A DNA stretch of 64,000 nucleotides from Paraspadella gotoi. Its lineage: Eukaryota; Animalia; Chaetognatha. The translations under genes were made by a program, and so were the position numbers. Within the stretch, counting starts at the first letter, position 1; each line of letters begins with the position of its first letter. Under the pieces are notes generated by a model that did not search any database, was not told where the DNA came from, and saw only the letters and a list, made by a program, of their open reading frames with translations. Positions 1 through 13,900 of this stretch are shown here, in pieces. The DNA lies in contig CM119263.1 in NCBI GenBank assembly GCA_051294375.1, positions 1,162,550 to 1,226,549 on the forward strand. The letters are read 5' to 3'.

Positions 1-2170
1 AATTAACGGGTGAAAAACTGAGTAGATGATCACGACCTCCGATCGACACCGTCAATTGTCATCCTCAGCGGAAGTCCTTGTGAAAGGTAACTACCGATAT
101 ATGGAGAGTAGAGCAAAGCGAGAAATGAATGCGTCCTCGCCCGTTTATTCCCACCGTCTCTCTCTCTCTCTCTCTCTTGCTCTCTCTTCTCTCCTCCTCC
201 TCTTCTCTCTCTCTCTTGTCTCTCTCTCTCCATCTCTCTCTGCTCTCTCTCTCATCCCCATCAAAAGGCCATTTTCCGGACTCGAGACTATAGGGATCGC
301 ATGTAACCGATGGCTTGTAAAATATTTTTCACCAAATACCCTGTCTTCTGTTTTTTGAATAGTGAGAATAATTCCGCTGCTTGGTCTGTTAAATATTCTT
401 CTGCTGACAACTGTGGTGTTTCTTTCGTAACTCCCGACATATTTTTTCCCGAGAAAGGAGCGTGATAAGTTTTTTTTAGTGAACATGTGCAGATGAGTAA
501 TAGAGTGTATATACTTTGTGTCTTAAACCAATTTTAGAAGTCTGTTTTTCATTTTTTTGTGCGCAATATTCGTGAAACATTTAGATCTAGAGAGAAATAA
601 AGTTGTCATTAACCAAATAAGTCTTTCATTTAACAAAAAAAAAACCCCTCGTCTATTCTGCATAAAATACACGGATCTTCTCTTCTTAGATCTCTTCTGA
701 GAGAGAGAAAATATTAACGTTGATCACCGATTGTCCCACTTTGTCACGAACCCAATGATAATATTTTCACATGAAAATTTAACCAAGAAACGTGAAGAAT
801 TTTTCACAGATGGAATCCGTGATTTTGCTCAAGTTTTTCGCTCAAAAAAAATAAAAACGTGAGTAAATCGAACGAAATTCACGCAGAACTGAATTTCTTT
901 ACGACTTTCACAAAACCCGAGCGGTGATCTTTTCTTGCCTCATTGCAGTGGCTCTTCTTCCTTCTGCCATCAACTTTTGCAATCGCGATTTTCCTTTTCC
1001 TCATTTCTGTCACCATCATTTTCTACATCTCTCCTAATCTTTTTCTACATCTCTCCTCATCTTTTTCTACATCCTGATATGCTTCCTCTTATTATTTCTC
1101 TATCATTTTCTACATCTCTCATCATCTTTTTCTACATCCTGAAATGCTTCCTCTTATTCTTTCTCTATCATTTTCTACATCTCTCCTCATCTTTTTCTAC
1201 ATCCTGATATGCTTCCTCTTATTCTTTCTCTATCGTTTTCTACATTCCCTTTCCTAATCTTTCTGCATCTCCTTGTTTACCTCCCTTCTTCCTCTTTCCA
1301 ATTTTNNNNNNNNNNNNNNNNNNNNNNNNNNNNNNNNNNNNNNNNNNNNNNNNNNNNNNNNNNNNNNNNNNNNNNNNNNNNNNNNNNNNNNNNNNNNNNN
1401 NNNNNNNNNNNNNNNNNNNNNNNNNNNNNNNNNNNNNNNNNNNNNNNNNNNNNNNNNNNNNNNNNNNNNNNNNNNNNNNNNNNNNNNNNNNNNNNNNNNN
1501 NNNNNNNNNNNNNNNNNNNNNNNNNNNNNNNNNNNNNNNNNNNNNNNNNNNNNNNNNNNNNTGACACTGAGGATGACACCGACGATGACACCGTCAATGT
1601 CATCGGCAATGACATCAGCGAGTCTTGTGAAAGGCAACCCGACCATTATGGGAGAGAAAGGAGAAATGAATGGTCCTTCCCCTTATTCCACCGTCTCTCT
1701 CTCTCNNNNNNNNNNNNNNNNNNNNNNNNNNNNNNNNNNNNNNNNNNNNNNNNNNNNNNNNNNNNNNNNNNNNNNNNNNNNNNNNNNNNNNNNNNNNNNN
1801 NNNNNNNNNNNNNNNNNNNNNNNNNNNNNNNNNNNNNNNNNNNNNNNNNNNNNNNNNNNNNNTCTCTCTCTCTCTCCATAAAAGCCATTTCCGGAACTGA
1901 GACTAAGGGGATCGCAGTAACGATGTTTAAAATATTTTTTACAACCTTCTTCGCTGAAGGAGAATAATTCCGCTTGGCTTAATAATTCTCAAAATTGTTT
2001 TCTTTCGAATTCCGAGAGTGAAGACTGTAGATGGTAAGTGTCACCATTGAGTCGTTTTTCATTTTGCGCAAACTGAAACAAGGAAATAAATGTTTTGTTA
2101 ACAAAAAAAGTTTTATTAACAAAAAACACTCCTCGTCATCATAAAAAAAAAACAAATTCTTTAGGACAAG
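1..2170 (+). repeat. Smaller noisy direct duplication (1-~700 vs 1562-~2170)
   Basis: Shared landmarks GACACCGTCAAT, TTGTGAAAGG, GAGAAATGAATG, CCACCGTCTCTC, CCATTT(T)CCGGA, GGGATCGCA, GAGAATAATTCCGCT in the same order; the first copy is insertion-rich. Confidence 0.7.
1010..1270. repeat. Minisatellite, ~62-65 bp unit, 3-4 copies
   Basis: Repeated CTACATCCTGA(T/A)ATGCTTCCTCTTATT..TTCTCTATCATTTTCTACATCTCTC.. Confidence 0.8.
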
Positions 2171-2479
2171 AGACACTCACAGCCCATGCCACTACTTTCT
2201 TCCGCAAGGGCGCGTCTGGTCGCCATCAGAAATGTCTCATACAATTCCAGCTTTCGAATATTAACGAGAAAAAGGTTCGCATGACTTTCAAAGTTTAAGA
2301 TTCAAATCATAAGTCAGTCTATTCTTTCGCTCAAATGACAGAAGCGACACATTTTCTCAAACAAAAGACTCAAGTTGTCAGAATTGAGGGCAAAGAATGA
2401 CGCTGTTCCGTCGCCGTTACGATTCGAAACCTAGGCGGCGCTGTTGACTCAACCGCCACACTCGATCCGCGCTTAACGT

Positions 2480-2945
2480 AACTGCCGCAATCGTCACTGC
2501 AGCATTTGTTACTGCTGCAGCTGTCACCACCGCATATGTCACTGTGGACATGCTCATTGCGAACACTGTCACCAGAGACTACATTACCTCAGTAACTGTC
2601 ACCTCAGACACGGTCTGTCACTGTGGACACAGTTATCACCACAACCATCACNNNNNNNNNNNNNNNNNNNNNNNNNNNNNNNNNNNNNNNNNNNNNNNNN
2701 NNNNNNNNNNNNNNNNNNNNNNNNNNNNNNNNNNNNNNNNNNNNNNNNNNNNNNNNNNNNNNNNNNNNNNNNNNNNNNNNNNNNNNNNNNNNNNNNNNNN
2801 NNNNNNNNNNNNNNNNNNNNNNNNNNNNNNNNNNNNNNNAACTGACACCATTATCACCACAACCATCACAACTGACACCGTGATAACGACAACCGCTCCC
2901 GCGGACACCGTCACCCGCGTGAGCGCCTTTGCCGTCACCAAGCGA
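2480..2945 (+). repeat. Degenerate 15-bp minisatellite (reads as T-x-x-T-V pentapeptides)
   Basis: Units such as ACTGACACCATTATC / ACCACAACCATCACA / ACTGACACCGTGATA around the gap 2652-2839. Confidence 0.65.
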
Positions 2946-3340
2946 AGGACAGAGCGAAGCATAAATAAATAATCCGCTTTGAATGAGATTCGAGGTTTGG
3001 ATTCGCAATTTGGAATCGAGATGAAATCCTGGGAAACAAACGAGGGACAAGGATTCGTTGCTGATGAGAATGAATTGAGGGGGAGAGTCACTCGCTCTNN
3101 NNNNNNNNNNNNNNNNNNNNNNNNNNNNNNNNNNNNNNNNNNNNNNNNNNNNNNNNNNNNNNNNNNNNNNNNNNNNNNNNNNNNNNNNNNNNNNNNNNNN
3201 NNNNNNNNNNNNNNNNNNNNNNNNNNNNNNNNNNNNNNNNNNNNNNNNNNNNNNNNNNNNNNNNNNNNNNNNNNNNNNNNNNNNNNNNNNNNNNNNNNNN
3301 NNNNNNNNNNNNNNNNNNNNNNNNNNNNNNNNNNNNNNNN

Positions 3341-6300
3341 CTCTTTTCTGTTGCTTTTACACACATTTTTCTAAGTAATCTTTTTTAACGTACTTTGCAT
3401 CCCCGACGACAAAAATCCGAACAAGGACTGAGAAAGTTTTCGGCTATAAGACGTACGATACATTGTAGAAAATACAATATCTTTTTTTTTACCGTTACAG
3501 CCAGGACACTCTCTCTCCATCTTTCTCTCCATCTCTCTCTCCATCTCTCTCTCCATCTAAATAAAAAAAACAATCGGAGTTTCATCGCCAACGGCAACGT
3601 TTACTTAGGCCCAAAAACAAAACGAAAGCAAACGTGGATCGTCAGAATCTTTTGAAAGCAAACAACACGGATATTCCATTGCAGATGCAGTTCATTGTCC
3701 TTCGTGCCCAAAAAAGTTGGTGCGAAATATCGGCAGTTGCAAGTGAAAGAAATTGCGCGACTCTCTCTCTCTCAATGATAAACTGGAGAAGTGAAGTTGA
3801 AAATATTCGAAAAATATACAGGGAAGGTTTTGTTTGTTTTTTTTAAATTCAATTTAAATATGTAGTTAAAATGAAATGTTTGAAGGAAATAAAATGTACA
3901 GATATGAAAAAAATGTTACTAGTATTACGTAATCTAGCCACAATAACTAATTTTGAAAATAGATTAAAATTTTTACTCTCTTCCAAAAAGAAAGAAAGAA
4001 AGAAAGAAAGAAAGGCATTTCCTAGAAATGAATGACCTCATTTTCAGTTCACAGGAGTGAGAGAAAATCTTACGACTGATTCCCCGGTTCTATCAGTTCT
4101 ACCGATTTCATAAAAACTCTTAGCACAGTTCTATCCATCAACTTACTTCCCTCTCCATTCATCAAGATCAACTTTTTATTCCTTCCTCTTCTCATTTTCT
4201 ATTATGCATTACTTGGCTTTCGTTTTAAAAAATCACAGGAGGGCAACGTTGTTCAACGCCGACGATATGACGACACGACATGAGACCGACGAAGCGACGA
4301 CATCGACGAACCAGACATGAACGAGCCAGAAACGACTGACGACGATGCGACGACGACGACGAAAAAGAGCGATTTAAAAAGAAAGATACAATCAGTGATT
4401 CTGATGGTGGAACCATTTGCTAGAGACCAGCTGATGGTTGCAGGGGCTGTGCAAGAGATCGTTGTCCGGAGATGACGACGGCTTTCAAGTCGGACGATAT
4501 GCGATGGAGATGATTTGGACGCATGACAATGATGGACAATTGATGATGAAAAGAGATACAATGACATTTAAACTGAATAGCTCCTATTGCGACGTACTAG
4601 CTTGTTGCTAATTAACGATTAGCTTGTGCGAATTTAGTTCCGATTCGTGTTTATCGATGAGAAACGATGATGATGACGACGATGAGATGACGAAATGATG
4701 ATGACGACGATGGACGCAGAATTTGAGATGATAAAGTCGAGTTAGTGACTTTGTGAATCGAGTTGATCGAAAAAGACAACACACAATGATAGATGACCGT
4801 AAATGTTTTCCATCAGAGACTGGAACGCTGAAGGAAATCCTCAGAACCATGCATTTGCATAAATGCAATAAGGGCCTTAATGAGCAACTTGATGTCCTCG
4901 TCAGAGTTCTACCGCCAGTCAAGTAAACCAATACGTCATCATCAATGCAATCATCATCACATCGTATACTATCATGTCATCATCATCAGCTCCTTCTCTT
5001 TGCTTTTCGGTTGAAGAAAATCTTCCATGACTCTACATTCCTGTATGGTTTAATTTCATTCGTCATAAATCTATCGCCACCCCCCTCCCCGTTTGAGACC
5101 ACACGATCCTATATCAAGGTGAGTCGGTCTCACCTATATATCCATTACGTGAGATCAATTAATTAATCAATCAATTAATCTCTTCGTGTGTACTGAACCT
5201 CGCGCGCGCTTTGACCACATTGTGACCAGTTAAGGCGCGTTATATAAATGATTTAAATTTAACTTTAATTAAAATTCTAAAGTGATGAACGAAACAATCA
5301 TTATATTAATGAACATTTATAAATTAAAAAAATTATAATAAATTTAACAATTTACGCCAGTAGGCCATATTTATACGATATACTAAACCAGATAAATGTT
5401 AAAAATTTCAAAAACAGTTTTTCCCCTAAGATTTTTTTGCAGATTTGGATTTGTCATAAAAAGTTTGCCAAAAAGAAATTTAATAAACTTCCTTTTTTAA
5501 AAAAAATTCTTCCCCCTTCCATTAAGTGGGGTCAAAAATTATAAAAAAAGCTATATTTAAGCTTGAAAATTAACTTTTACAATCTAAAATATAGTTTTTT
5601 TAATTTTAACCCACTTAATGAAAGAATTTTAAAAAGATATTTATATTTCTTTATGCAACTGGTTTGACGAAATTCCAAATCTGCAAAAAATTAAGAAAAC
5701 CTGTTTTGAAATTTTTCATTTATATAGGTAGTAACTATATAAATATGGCCACTGCGTAAAATTAAAAAAATAAAAATTATTTTTTTACCAAATTAAAGAA
5801 TGTTCACTGATAGCATGTTGTTCAAATTGACTTTTAAATTTTCGATATGTAACTTTCACTACGCCTTACTGACCAGAGCAATGAAGGTTTACTCATTGAA
5901 ACCTTAATAATCCAAATTTAAATACTCTAAAACAATAATTACTTTAATACCATAATGGCTTCTTTTTACATCTTTTCTACTAACTCATTATACTTCATTT
6001 ATCTCCTGTCCCTCTCTATTTCCCTTCTCCTTTCCCTCTCTCTTACCTACCTCTCTCTATTTCCCCTCTTCCCTTCACTTCTCTTCTTCTTCTTCCTCCC
6101 TCTCTCCTCTACCTCTCTATTTCCCCTCTTCCCTTCACTTCTCTTCTTATCGTTTCTTCTTCCTCCCTCTCTCCTCTACCTCTTTCACCCCCTTTTCTTT
6201 CTCGCGACAAAAGGCTTTCATCAAAGTCGAGATTTAGCTCTCCCGCCACCGGAAGGGCAGTGGGGTGCGAGTGGGGGGCGGGGAGAGATCAGGGGAACAC

Positions 6301-6966
6301 CTTTTCTTGCGAATCGGGAAAAAAAAATTGATCGAAAGCTTGAATTAATTGAACAGATGCGCAACCAGAAAACCTATTCTCGAATCGGCGATTCTGAATT
6401 GTATAAACTAACTTTGGAATGAGAGTAAGAGGAAAATACTGAATTGGGCCAATGAATTCATGAAAAACCGCTAAACATTTTTAGCGTGTGGAAATTTAGG
6501 GAAAAGACAAAAGTCGAAATTTCGAAATTAAATTTCCTTTTCCCTCAAGAAATTTTTCGGATAAGATTTTGAAGCAAGAAAAATATAGAACATAAATAAA
6601 ATATAATAATATTAAAGTCATGATATAAAAAAAAACAGCGAAACAAAAAAGAAAACCTAAGGAAAAATTGTGTCTTCAGTTTGAAGCTGCGATTTCACAA
6701 AGAAATAAAAAGGCGTTTGATGTTTGTTCGCAGCCGCCGCCACCGCCGCCTCCGCCGCCGCCAACGACGCCGCCTTTCCACTTGACAACGCCGCCACTCC
6801 CTCCTGCGGCCGACGCGACATCTGCCGGGAGCGATGCTTTGTTTTATGATCTCATCCCAAGAGTTGAAGGCGACTCGAGAGAAAAATCTAAACAACCGAC
6901 AGGGGGAGCGTTTTCAAGTGAAGCCTCGTTTTGAAATTACACTTTAGAGATTCAACCTTTCTTTGT

Positions 6967-7025
<59 letters not shown>

Positions 7026-7842
7026 ACTCTTTTTTTTCTCTTTCTCTTAAATTATAAAATGAACCCTCTCCATCAATTTTCAACTTTAAAATCAAAATAA
7101 AGGCCAATATTAAGAAAACTCTATTTATCTAGAACGTATAAATTTAAAATTGATAGATTTCAAATTGACTTTGCATTTATTTATTTATTTATGTTTTTGT
7201 GCATTTTCAGTTTTTGGAGAAGGAATGAGAACGGAAGGAAGAAGATGAACCAAGGCCAAACACGTCACCTCCTTCTTGATGGCGACGATAAAGAAGCCAC
7301 GCCCACAAACGACGACGACGACGACGACCACCCCCTTCATCTGATAAAAACTCGGGCGAGGGGGAAACAAAAGACTCGACTGGAACTCGGCCTCTTCGAC
7401 TGACGCGCCATCTGTCGCTCCAGTCGAAAAACCAACATTGATCTTTTAAGTGTTTATTGAGAAAACAAATGATCGCGACGCCCAGTTGTTTGTTTAGCGT
7501 AAATTTAATGCAAAGAGAGAGACTTTTTTTGAAAGTCATACCACGGACCACGGTTGAACTTTTTAGCGATCGGAGGAAATAAACAAGAAATGGCCAATAT
7601 AATAATCAGCGGCCATTTTGAAGAACTTACTTGATTTTAAGTTGTGACTTTTTATAACTCACAACTTTCCATAAACANNNNNNNNNNNNNNNNNNNNNNN
7701 NNNNNNNNNNNNNNNNNNNNNNNNNNNNNNNNNNNNNNNNNNNNNNNNNNNNNNNNNNNNNNNNNNNNNNNNNNNNNNNNNNNNNNNNNNNNNNNNNNNN
7801 NNNNNNNNNNNNNNNNNNNNNNNNNNNNNNNNNNNNNNNNNN

Positions 7843-7873
<31 letters not shown>

Positions 7874-8882
7874 TTCTGCGTCGTAATTCAATTTCCCCCT
7901 GAAACTTCATTCTCTTTTTTCTGGATCTGCCCCCAAAAAAGGGCAAGCAAAGCCTGAGGATTATCGACCCCGGACGACCGTCCTGGGACTGAACCAGGGA
8001 CTCTTGGGAAAAGCGAATGCGGCCCAAAAAGTGGAGACCTCTCTCTCTCTNNNNNNNNNNNNNNNNNNNNNNNNNNNNNNNNNNNNNNNNNNNNNNNNNN
8101 NNNNNNNNNNNNNNNNNNNNNNNNNNNNNNNNNNNNNNNNNNNNNNNNNNNNNNNNNNNNNNNNNNNNNNNNNNNNNNNNNNNNNNNNNNNNNNNNNNNN
8201 NNNNNNNNNNNNNNNNNNNNNNNNNNNNNNNNNNNNNNNNNNNNNNNNNNNNNNNNNNNNNNNNNNNNNNNNNNNNNNNNNNNNNNNNNNNNNNNNNTCA
8301 GTCCAACCCTCTCTCTGTCATAACATCTCTCCCGTCTTCATTTCTTTGTTCCGAATTTCCCTCGTTGCTCATTCCCAGTCAAAGATGGCGCGACAGTGCG
8401 GGGCGGCGGACGAGAAAGAAGAATCGGTACAAACAAAAGGCAAAAGGCACAAGAAGATCAAACAAGAGACGCAGTACGTAAATTATTTATTCACGGACGC
8501 CCCTTCGCTGACAAACGCACGGACGATTTGTCCAACGGGCGAACGGACAGCCCGATAAACAGAAGGATAAGAGAAGCAAATGTAAGAGAGATTCAGACAG
8601 ATAAAAATGTAGACAGAAGGAAAGACTGATGTACATTGAAAGATAGTCACAGACAGACGGACTAATACACAAATAGAAAGCGTGATAGACAGATAGACCA
8701 AAGGAAAAATAAAATAAAATAAGACATATATAGGACTGAAAGACAAACGGACAAACGGACATAAAGAAAGACAGACAACGAGAAGCCTTTCACGCCGTGA
8801 CACAAAATTGTGAAGAATAAAAAAGTGAAACGTAAATGAAAGAAAAAAGAAAAAAGGTTTCGTCGTTTGTCTTACTCATTAA

Positions 8883-8934
<52 letters not shown>

Positions 8935-9133
8935 CTCAAGCGTACGCACTTATGTCGGCCGTAAAATCGTTATGACCGGAGGCTGGGAGCTGTCTCCGGG
9001 AAAGAAAGGAAAGAAAGACAGAAAGACACAACCAAAAGAAAGAAAGAAGTTGCAAGAAAGATAAAAAAAATTCAGAAATAAAGAAAAACAGAAAGAGGGG
9101 AAAAGAGAAAGACAAAATAAAAAATAGAAATCT

Positions 9134-9220
<87 letters not shown>

Positions 9221-9484
9221 TCTGATATTATTTCGTTTCAAGGGTATCAGACTGTGAAGTTAATTACGTTCGCTTTTTATTTCAAATTGATATAACTCAT
9301 AACTTGCAAGGAACGAGAGTTAATGTTTTTTATGCGCGATATTATAATTTGGTAGCGAGCGAGTATATAAGGAAATCATTTAATTGCAATTATAATCAAT
9401 AGTTATTACGTATTATAAATACTTTTATTAATCCTTTCATAGAGCTAAAACAGTTCTTACTAATTTTGTTCCAGTTGCTCTGAA
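3341..9484 (+). repeat. Large direct duplication, copy 1
   Basis: Colinear with 10991-18901 from CTTTTCTGTTGCTTTTAC.. to ..CCAGTTGCTCTGAA; bounded by N-gaps on both sides. Confidence 0.9.
5351..5760. mobile_element. Foldback/MITE-like long imperfect palindrome (~410 bp)
   Basis: Arms pair along the whole length: TTTACGCCAGTAGGCCATATTTA / TAAATATGGCCACTGCGTAAA, TTTTTGCAGATTTGGA / TCCAAATCTGCAAAAA, CATTAAGTGGG / CCCACTTAATG. Confidence 0.7.
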
Positions 9485-10835
9485 NNNNNNNNNNNNNNNN
9501 NNNNNNNNNTAAATTTAATAAAACAAAAAAATCATAAGTAAAACAGTAGAAAAAAAATAAAAAAATAAATAAAACACATTGATTAAAAAAAAGAAAACAA
9601 ACATCAGACATACAATACCGGAAGAAAAAGATAAAAACAAAATCGCCCGCGCAAACAAATGACAGAGACATATACAAATAAAAAAAAACACAAAATTAAA
9701 AAAAATTTCAATTTGAAATAAGACTATCAATGAACATTGGAACACTGATCGGCCTGAAGGCTTAAAGCCACCCAAAGGACCCGTGGCTGTCCAAAGTACA
9801 GGGGCAAGATAGTCTTATTCAATTAATATGATAATGGAATAAACTTTTAATATTTAGGACGAGTGTACCATATTTCAATTAGTCATTTTATATAGTTTAA
9901 AAGGAAGTTAGGTGGATTTGAGACGAAATCACCAGCGCGCGCAAACAACGTTTGGACTTGCTGGTTGTTTCTGTTTATGTTTAATCTGTTTAGTTTGCTT
10001 TTTAAAAATTTATCAAAGGCTGCAAACGTTTTTTCCAGTTATTTTTAATAAATGTTGAATCAATTTGTGCAGCTAATTTTAATTTTTTTTTCGATAATTT
10101 TTTTGCGTAAACAAAATTTATTTTTTTTTTCTGCATGCCCTATTGAACGGTAATTTAATATATTTAACATTTAAATCTTATTTTTACAAGGCCAAATAAG
10201 GATAACTAGAAAAAAACGAATTTGATGTAAAAAACATATTCAAACGATTGTTATATTTAAGTTCATCTCATCTTCTCTCTCTCTTTGCCAAATTTTTTGT
10301 CCAGGACATTCATAGGCATCTAGGACAATTAGACCTTGTGTTATTCCCAAAATTTTATTTGATAATAATGAGTTTATATTTTTCCCCCAGAAAAAAATAA
10401 AAAAAAAAAAAAGAAAACAATGAAAAAAGAAAAAAAAAAAAAATAAAAAAAAAAATAAAAAAAAAAAAAAAAAAAAAGAATTATTGTGCGAAAATTCTTA
10501 AAATGAAAGAATGCACCCAAAGAGAAACGAAAAACAATTTGCTGTGTCCGCCGGACCACGATCTCCGGGAACGAGTCCTGTTGATCCGCGGGATTTCTAC
10601 CCGAATTCAGAGTTTTTTTCTCTTCGATCTCGATCCGCGACCTCGACTCCCGGCTCGGCAAAAGATCTTGCCGGGCGGACGTGGCTCCCGGCCTATGGTG
10701 GACAAAGGGCTGGTGTGGGCCGCCGGACACTCATGGCTCTCCTCGTTCCCGCAAATCTCGGTCATAACCCATTGCAACTTTCCCTTTCTTTCTTTTTTTC
10801 TTTTCTTTTTTTTCCCTTTTCTTTTCTTTTTCTTT

Positions 10836-10884
<49 letters not shown>

Positions 10885-10958
10885 TCTCTCTCTCTCTTTC
10901 CTCTCTCTCTCACTCTCTCTCTCTATTCTCTCTCTCTCTCTCTCTCTCTTCTCTCTTC

Positions 10959-10990
<32 letters not shown>

Positions 10991-10991
<1 letters not shown>

Positions 10992-13900
10992 TTCTGTTTG
11001 CTTTTACCACACATTTTGTCTAAAGTATCTTTTTTAACGTACTTGCCATCCACGACGCACAAAATCCCGAACAAGGCACGAGAAAGTTTTCGGGCTATAA
11101 GCACGTACGGATACATGCTAGAAAATTACAATCTCTTTTTTTAACCGGTTACAGCCAGAGCACTCTCTCTCCATTCTTTCTCTCCATCTTCTCTCCATCT
11201 CTCTCTCCATCTAATAAAAAAAAACATCGGGTTTCATCGCCAACGGCAACGTTTACTTAGGCCAAAAACAAAACAAAAGCAACGTGATCGTCAGAATTCT
11301 TTTGAAAGCAACAACACGGATTTCCATTGCAGATGCAGTTTCATTGTCCTTTGTGCCCAAAAAAGTTTGTGGTGCGAAAGATCGGCAGTTTGCAAGTAAA
11401 GAAATTGCGCGACTCTCTCTCTCTCTTCAATGATAAAAGCTGGAGAAGTGAAGTTGAAATTATTTTCGAAAAATATACAGGGAAGGTTTCGTTTATTTTT
11501 TTTAAATTTATTTTAAATATGTAGTAAAATGAAATGTTTTGAAAAGAAATAAGATGTACAGATATGAAAAAAAATGTTAACTAGTTATTACGTAATCTAG
11601 CCACAATAACTTTAATTTTGAAAAATAGATTAAAATTTTTACTCTCTTCCAAAAAGAAAGAAAGAAAGGAAAGAAAGAGGCATTTCCTAGAAATGAATGA
11701 CCTCATTTTCAGTTTCACAGGATGTGATCGAGACAAATCTCCTACTGATTCCTCCCAGGTTCTATTCAGTTTCTACCGATTTTTCATTTAAAACTCTTGC
11801 ATCAGTTCTTTCCATTCAACTTACTTCCCTCTCCATTCATCAAGTGAGCAACTTTTTTTATTTCCTTCCTCTTCTCATTTTTCTTTTTATCATTACTTGG
11901 TTCCTTTTTAAAATTTCACAGGCGAGGGCCAAACGTTGATCAATCCGCCCCGACGATTGATGACGACGCGACGACGACGGACGCGACATCAACGGACCCA
12001 GAATGAAGATGGCGACGACACGGACGGACCGACGACGACGGACCGACGCGGTAAAAAGAGCGATTTAAAAGCAAGAACAATCTAGTGACTCTTCTTTGAT
12101 TGGTGGAACCATATTGCTTGATGGTGAACCATTTGCTCCGATGGGTTGGAACCTATTGTCTCAGCGGGTCGTGGGTTGACGTCGTTCGTCGTAGCTATGA
12201 CGACGGCTTTCAATGTCGCGACGATGATGGGGCCGCATGGAGCATGATTTGACGATGACAATGCCTCATGACACGAATTCTGAATTGATGACTAAGAGAT
12301 GACAATGACAAATTTTACAACTGAATTTAATAGCTGCAATTGCGACCCGTACTGCATTGTTGCTATTACCGAGATTTTAGCTTTGATGCGATTTAGTTTC
12401 CGATTCGTGTTTTATCGATGAGAACGATGATGATGACAGACGGATGACGATGACTCGAAGACGTATGATTGACGACGCATTGACGATTGACGATGATGAT
12501 GATAAAGTCGATTAGTGACTTTTTGAAATTCGATTGATCGAAAGACAACACCGAACATTGATAGAGTGACCGTAAATGTTTCTATATCAGGACTGGTTTA
12601 CGACATCGCTGAGGACAAATCCTCAAGAACCTCATTTTGCCATAATGGCAATAGGCCCTTAATGAACAACTTGATGTCCTCCGTCAGGAAGTTTCTATAC
12701 CGCCAGTCAAAGTTAACCATCGTCATTCATCACATCATCATATCGTATCATCATTCGCCATTCTCTTTGGCTTTCGGTTAAGGAAATCTTCCTGACTTTA
12801 ATTTCCTGTAATTTTAATTCTTCATTCGCATAAATCTGATCCGCCACCCCCCTCGTCTGGGACCACATTCCGTATATCAAGGGGTGTATCGTCTCACCTA
12901 TATATCCATTACCTGATAGATCAATTACATTAATCAATCATTTAAGTCTCTTCGATCTGTACCTGACCTTCGCCGCGCGCTTTGAACCACTGCCAGTAAG
13001 GCCGTAGTAACAATTGTTCTTAAATTTTAACTTTACGATTTAAAAACTTCTAAAAGTTGTGATTGAACGAACAATATTATATTATATGACATTTATATAA
13101 TAAAAAAATTATAATATAATTTACAAAATTTACGCAGTAGGCCATATTTATACTAGTTACTAACCAATAAAATGTTAAAATCAAAACGTTTTTTCTAAGA
13201 TTTTTTGCAGATTTGGATTTGTCATAAAAAAAGTTGCCCAAAAAGAAATGTATAACTCTTTAAAAAATTCCTTCATTAGAGTGGCTCAAAATTAAAAAAA
13301 AGGCGTACTATTTATGTTGCAAAATTATTTTATATCCTATTAATTTATATTAGTTTTTATTTTTAAACCCCACCTAATGATAAAGAATTTTTTTATCAGG
13401 AATGAGATTCTATATTTTCTTTTTTATCAACTTTGACGAGGAATTCAAGCAATCTGCAATCAAAATAAAGAAAAGCCTATTATGAAATTTTCTGATCTTT
13501 ATTAAGGATAGTACTATATATAAATATAGCCTACTTGCGCAAAATTAAAAAATCATCAAAATTAATTTTTTTTTATGCCAAATTTAATGCTTCACTGATA
13601 GTCATGTTGTTTCATAATTGACTTTTTAGAACTTTCACTACGCCTTACTGACCAGGCAATGAAGGTTTTTAACTCATTTGAAACCTTAATAATCCAAATT
13701 GTTAAATACTCTAAACAATAATTACTTTCAATACCATATGGTCTTTCTTTTTACCATCTTTTGTCTAACTACTAACTACATTATGCACTTCATTTATCTC
13801 CCTACCTTGCTCCCTCTCTATTTCCCTTCTCCCTTCCCTCTCTCTTACCTACCTCTCTCTATTTCCCCTCTTCCTTCACTTCTCTTCTTCTTCTTCCTCC

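Noticed and set aside
1209-1967. ORFs containing X runs
   Set aside because: They stay open only because they cross N-gaps.
10503-11144. Long SL/ER-repeat ORFs here and at 33987-34505, 60706-61206 and similar sites
   Set aside because: Translations of CT/GA microsatellites with no domain content.
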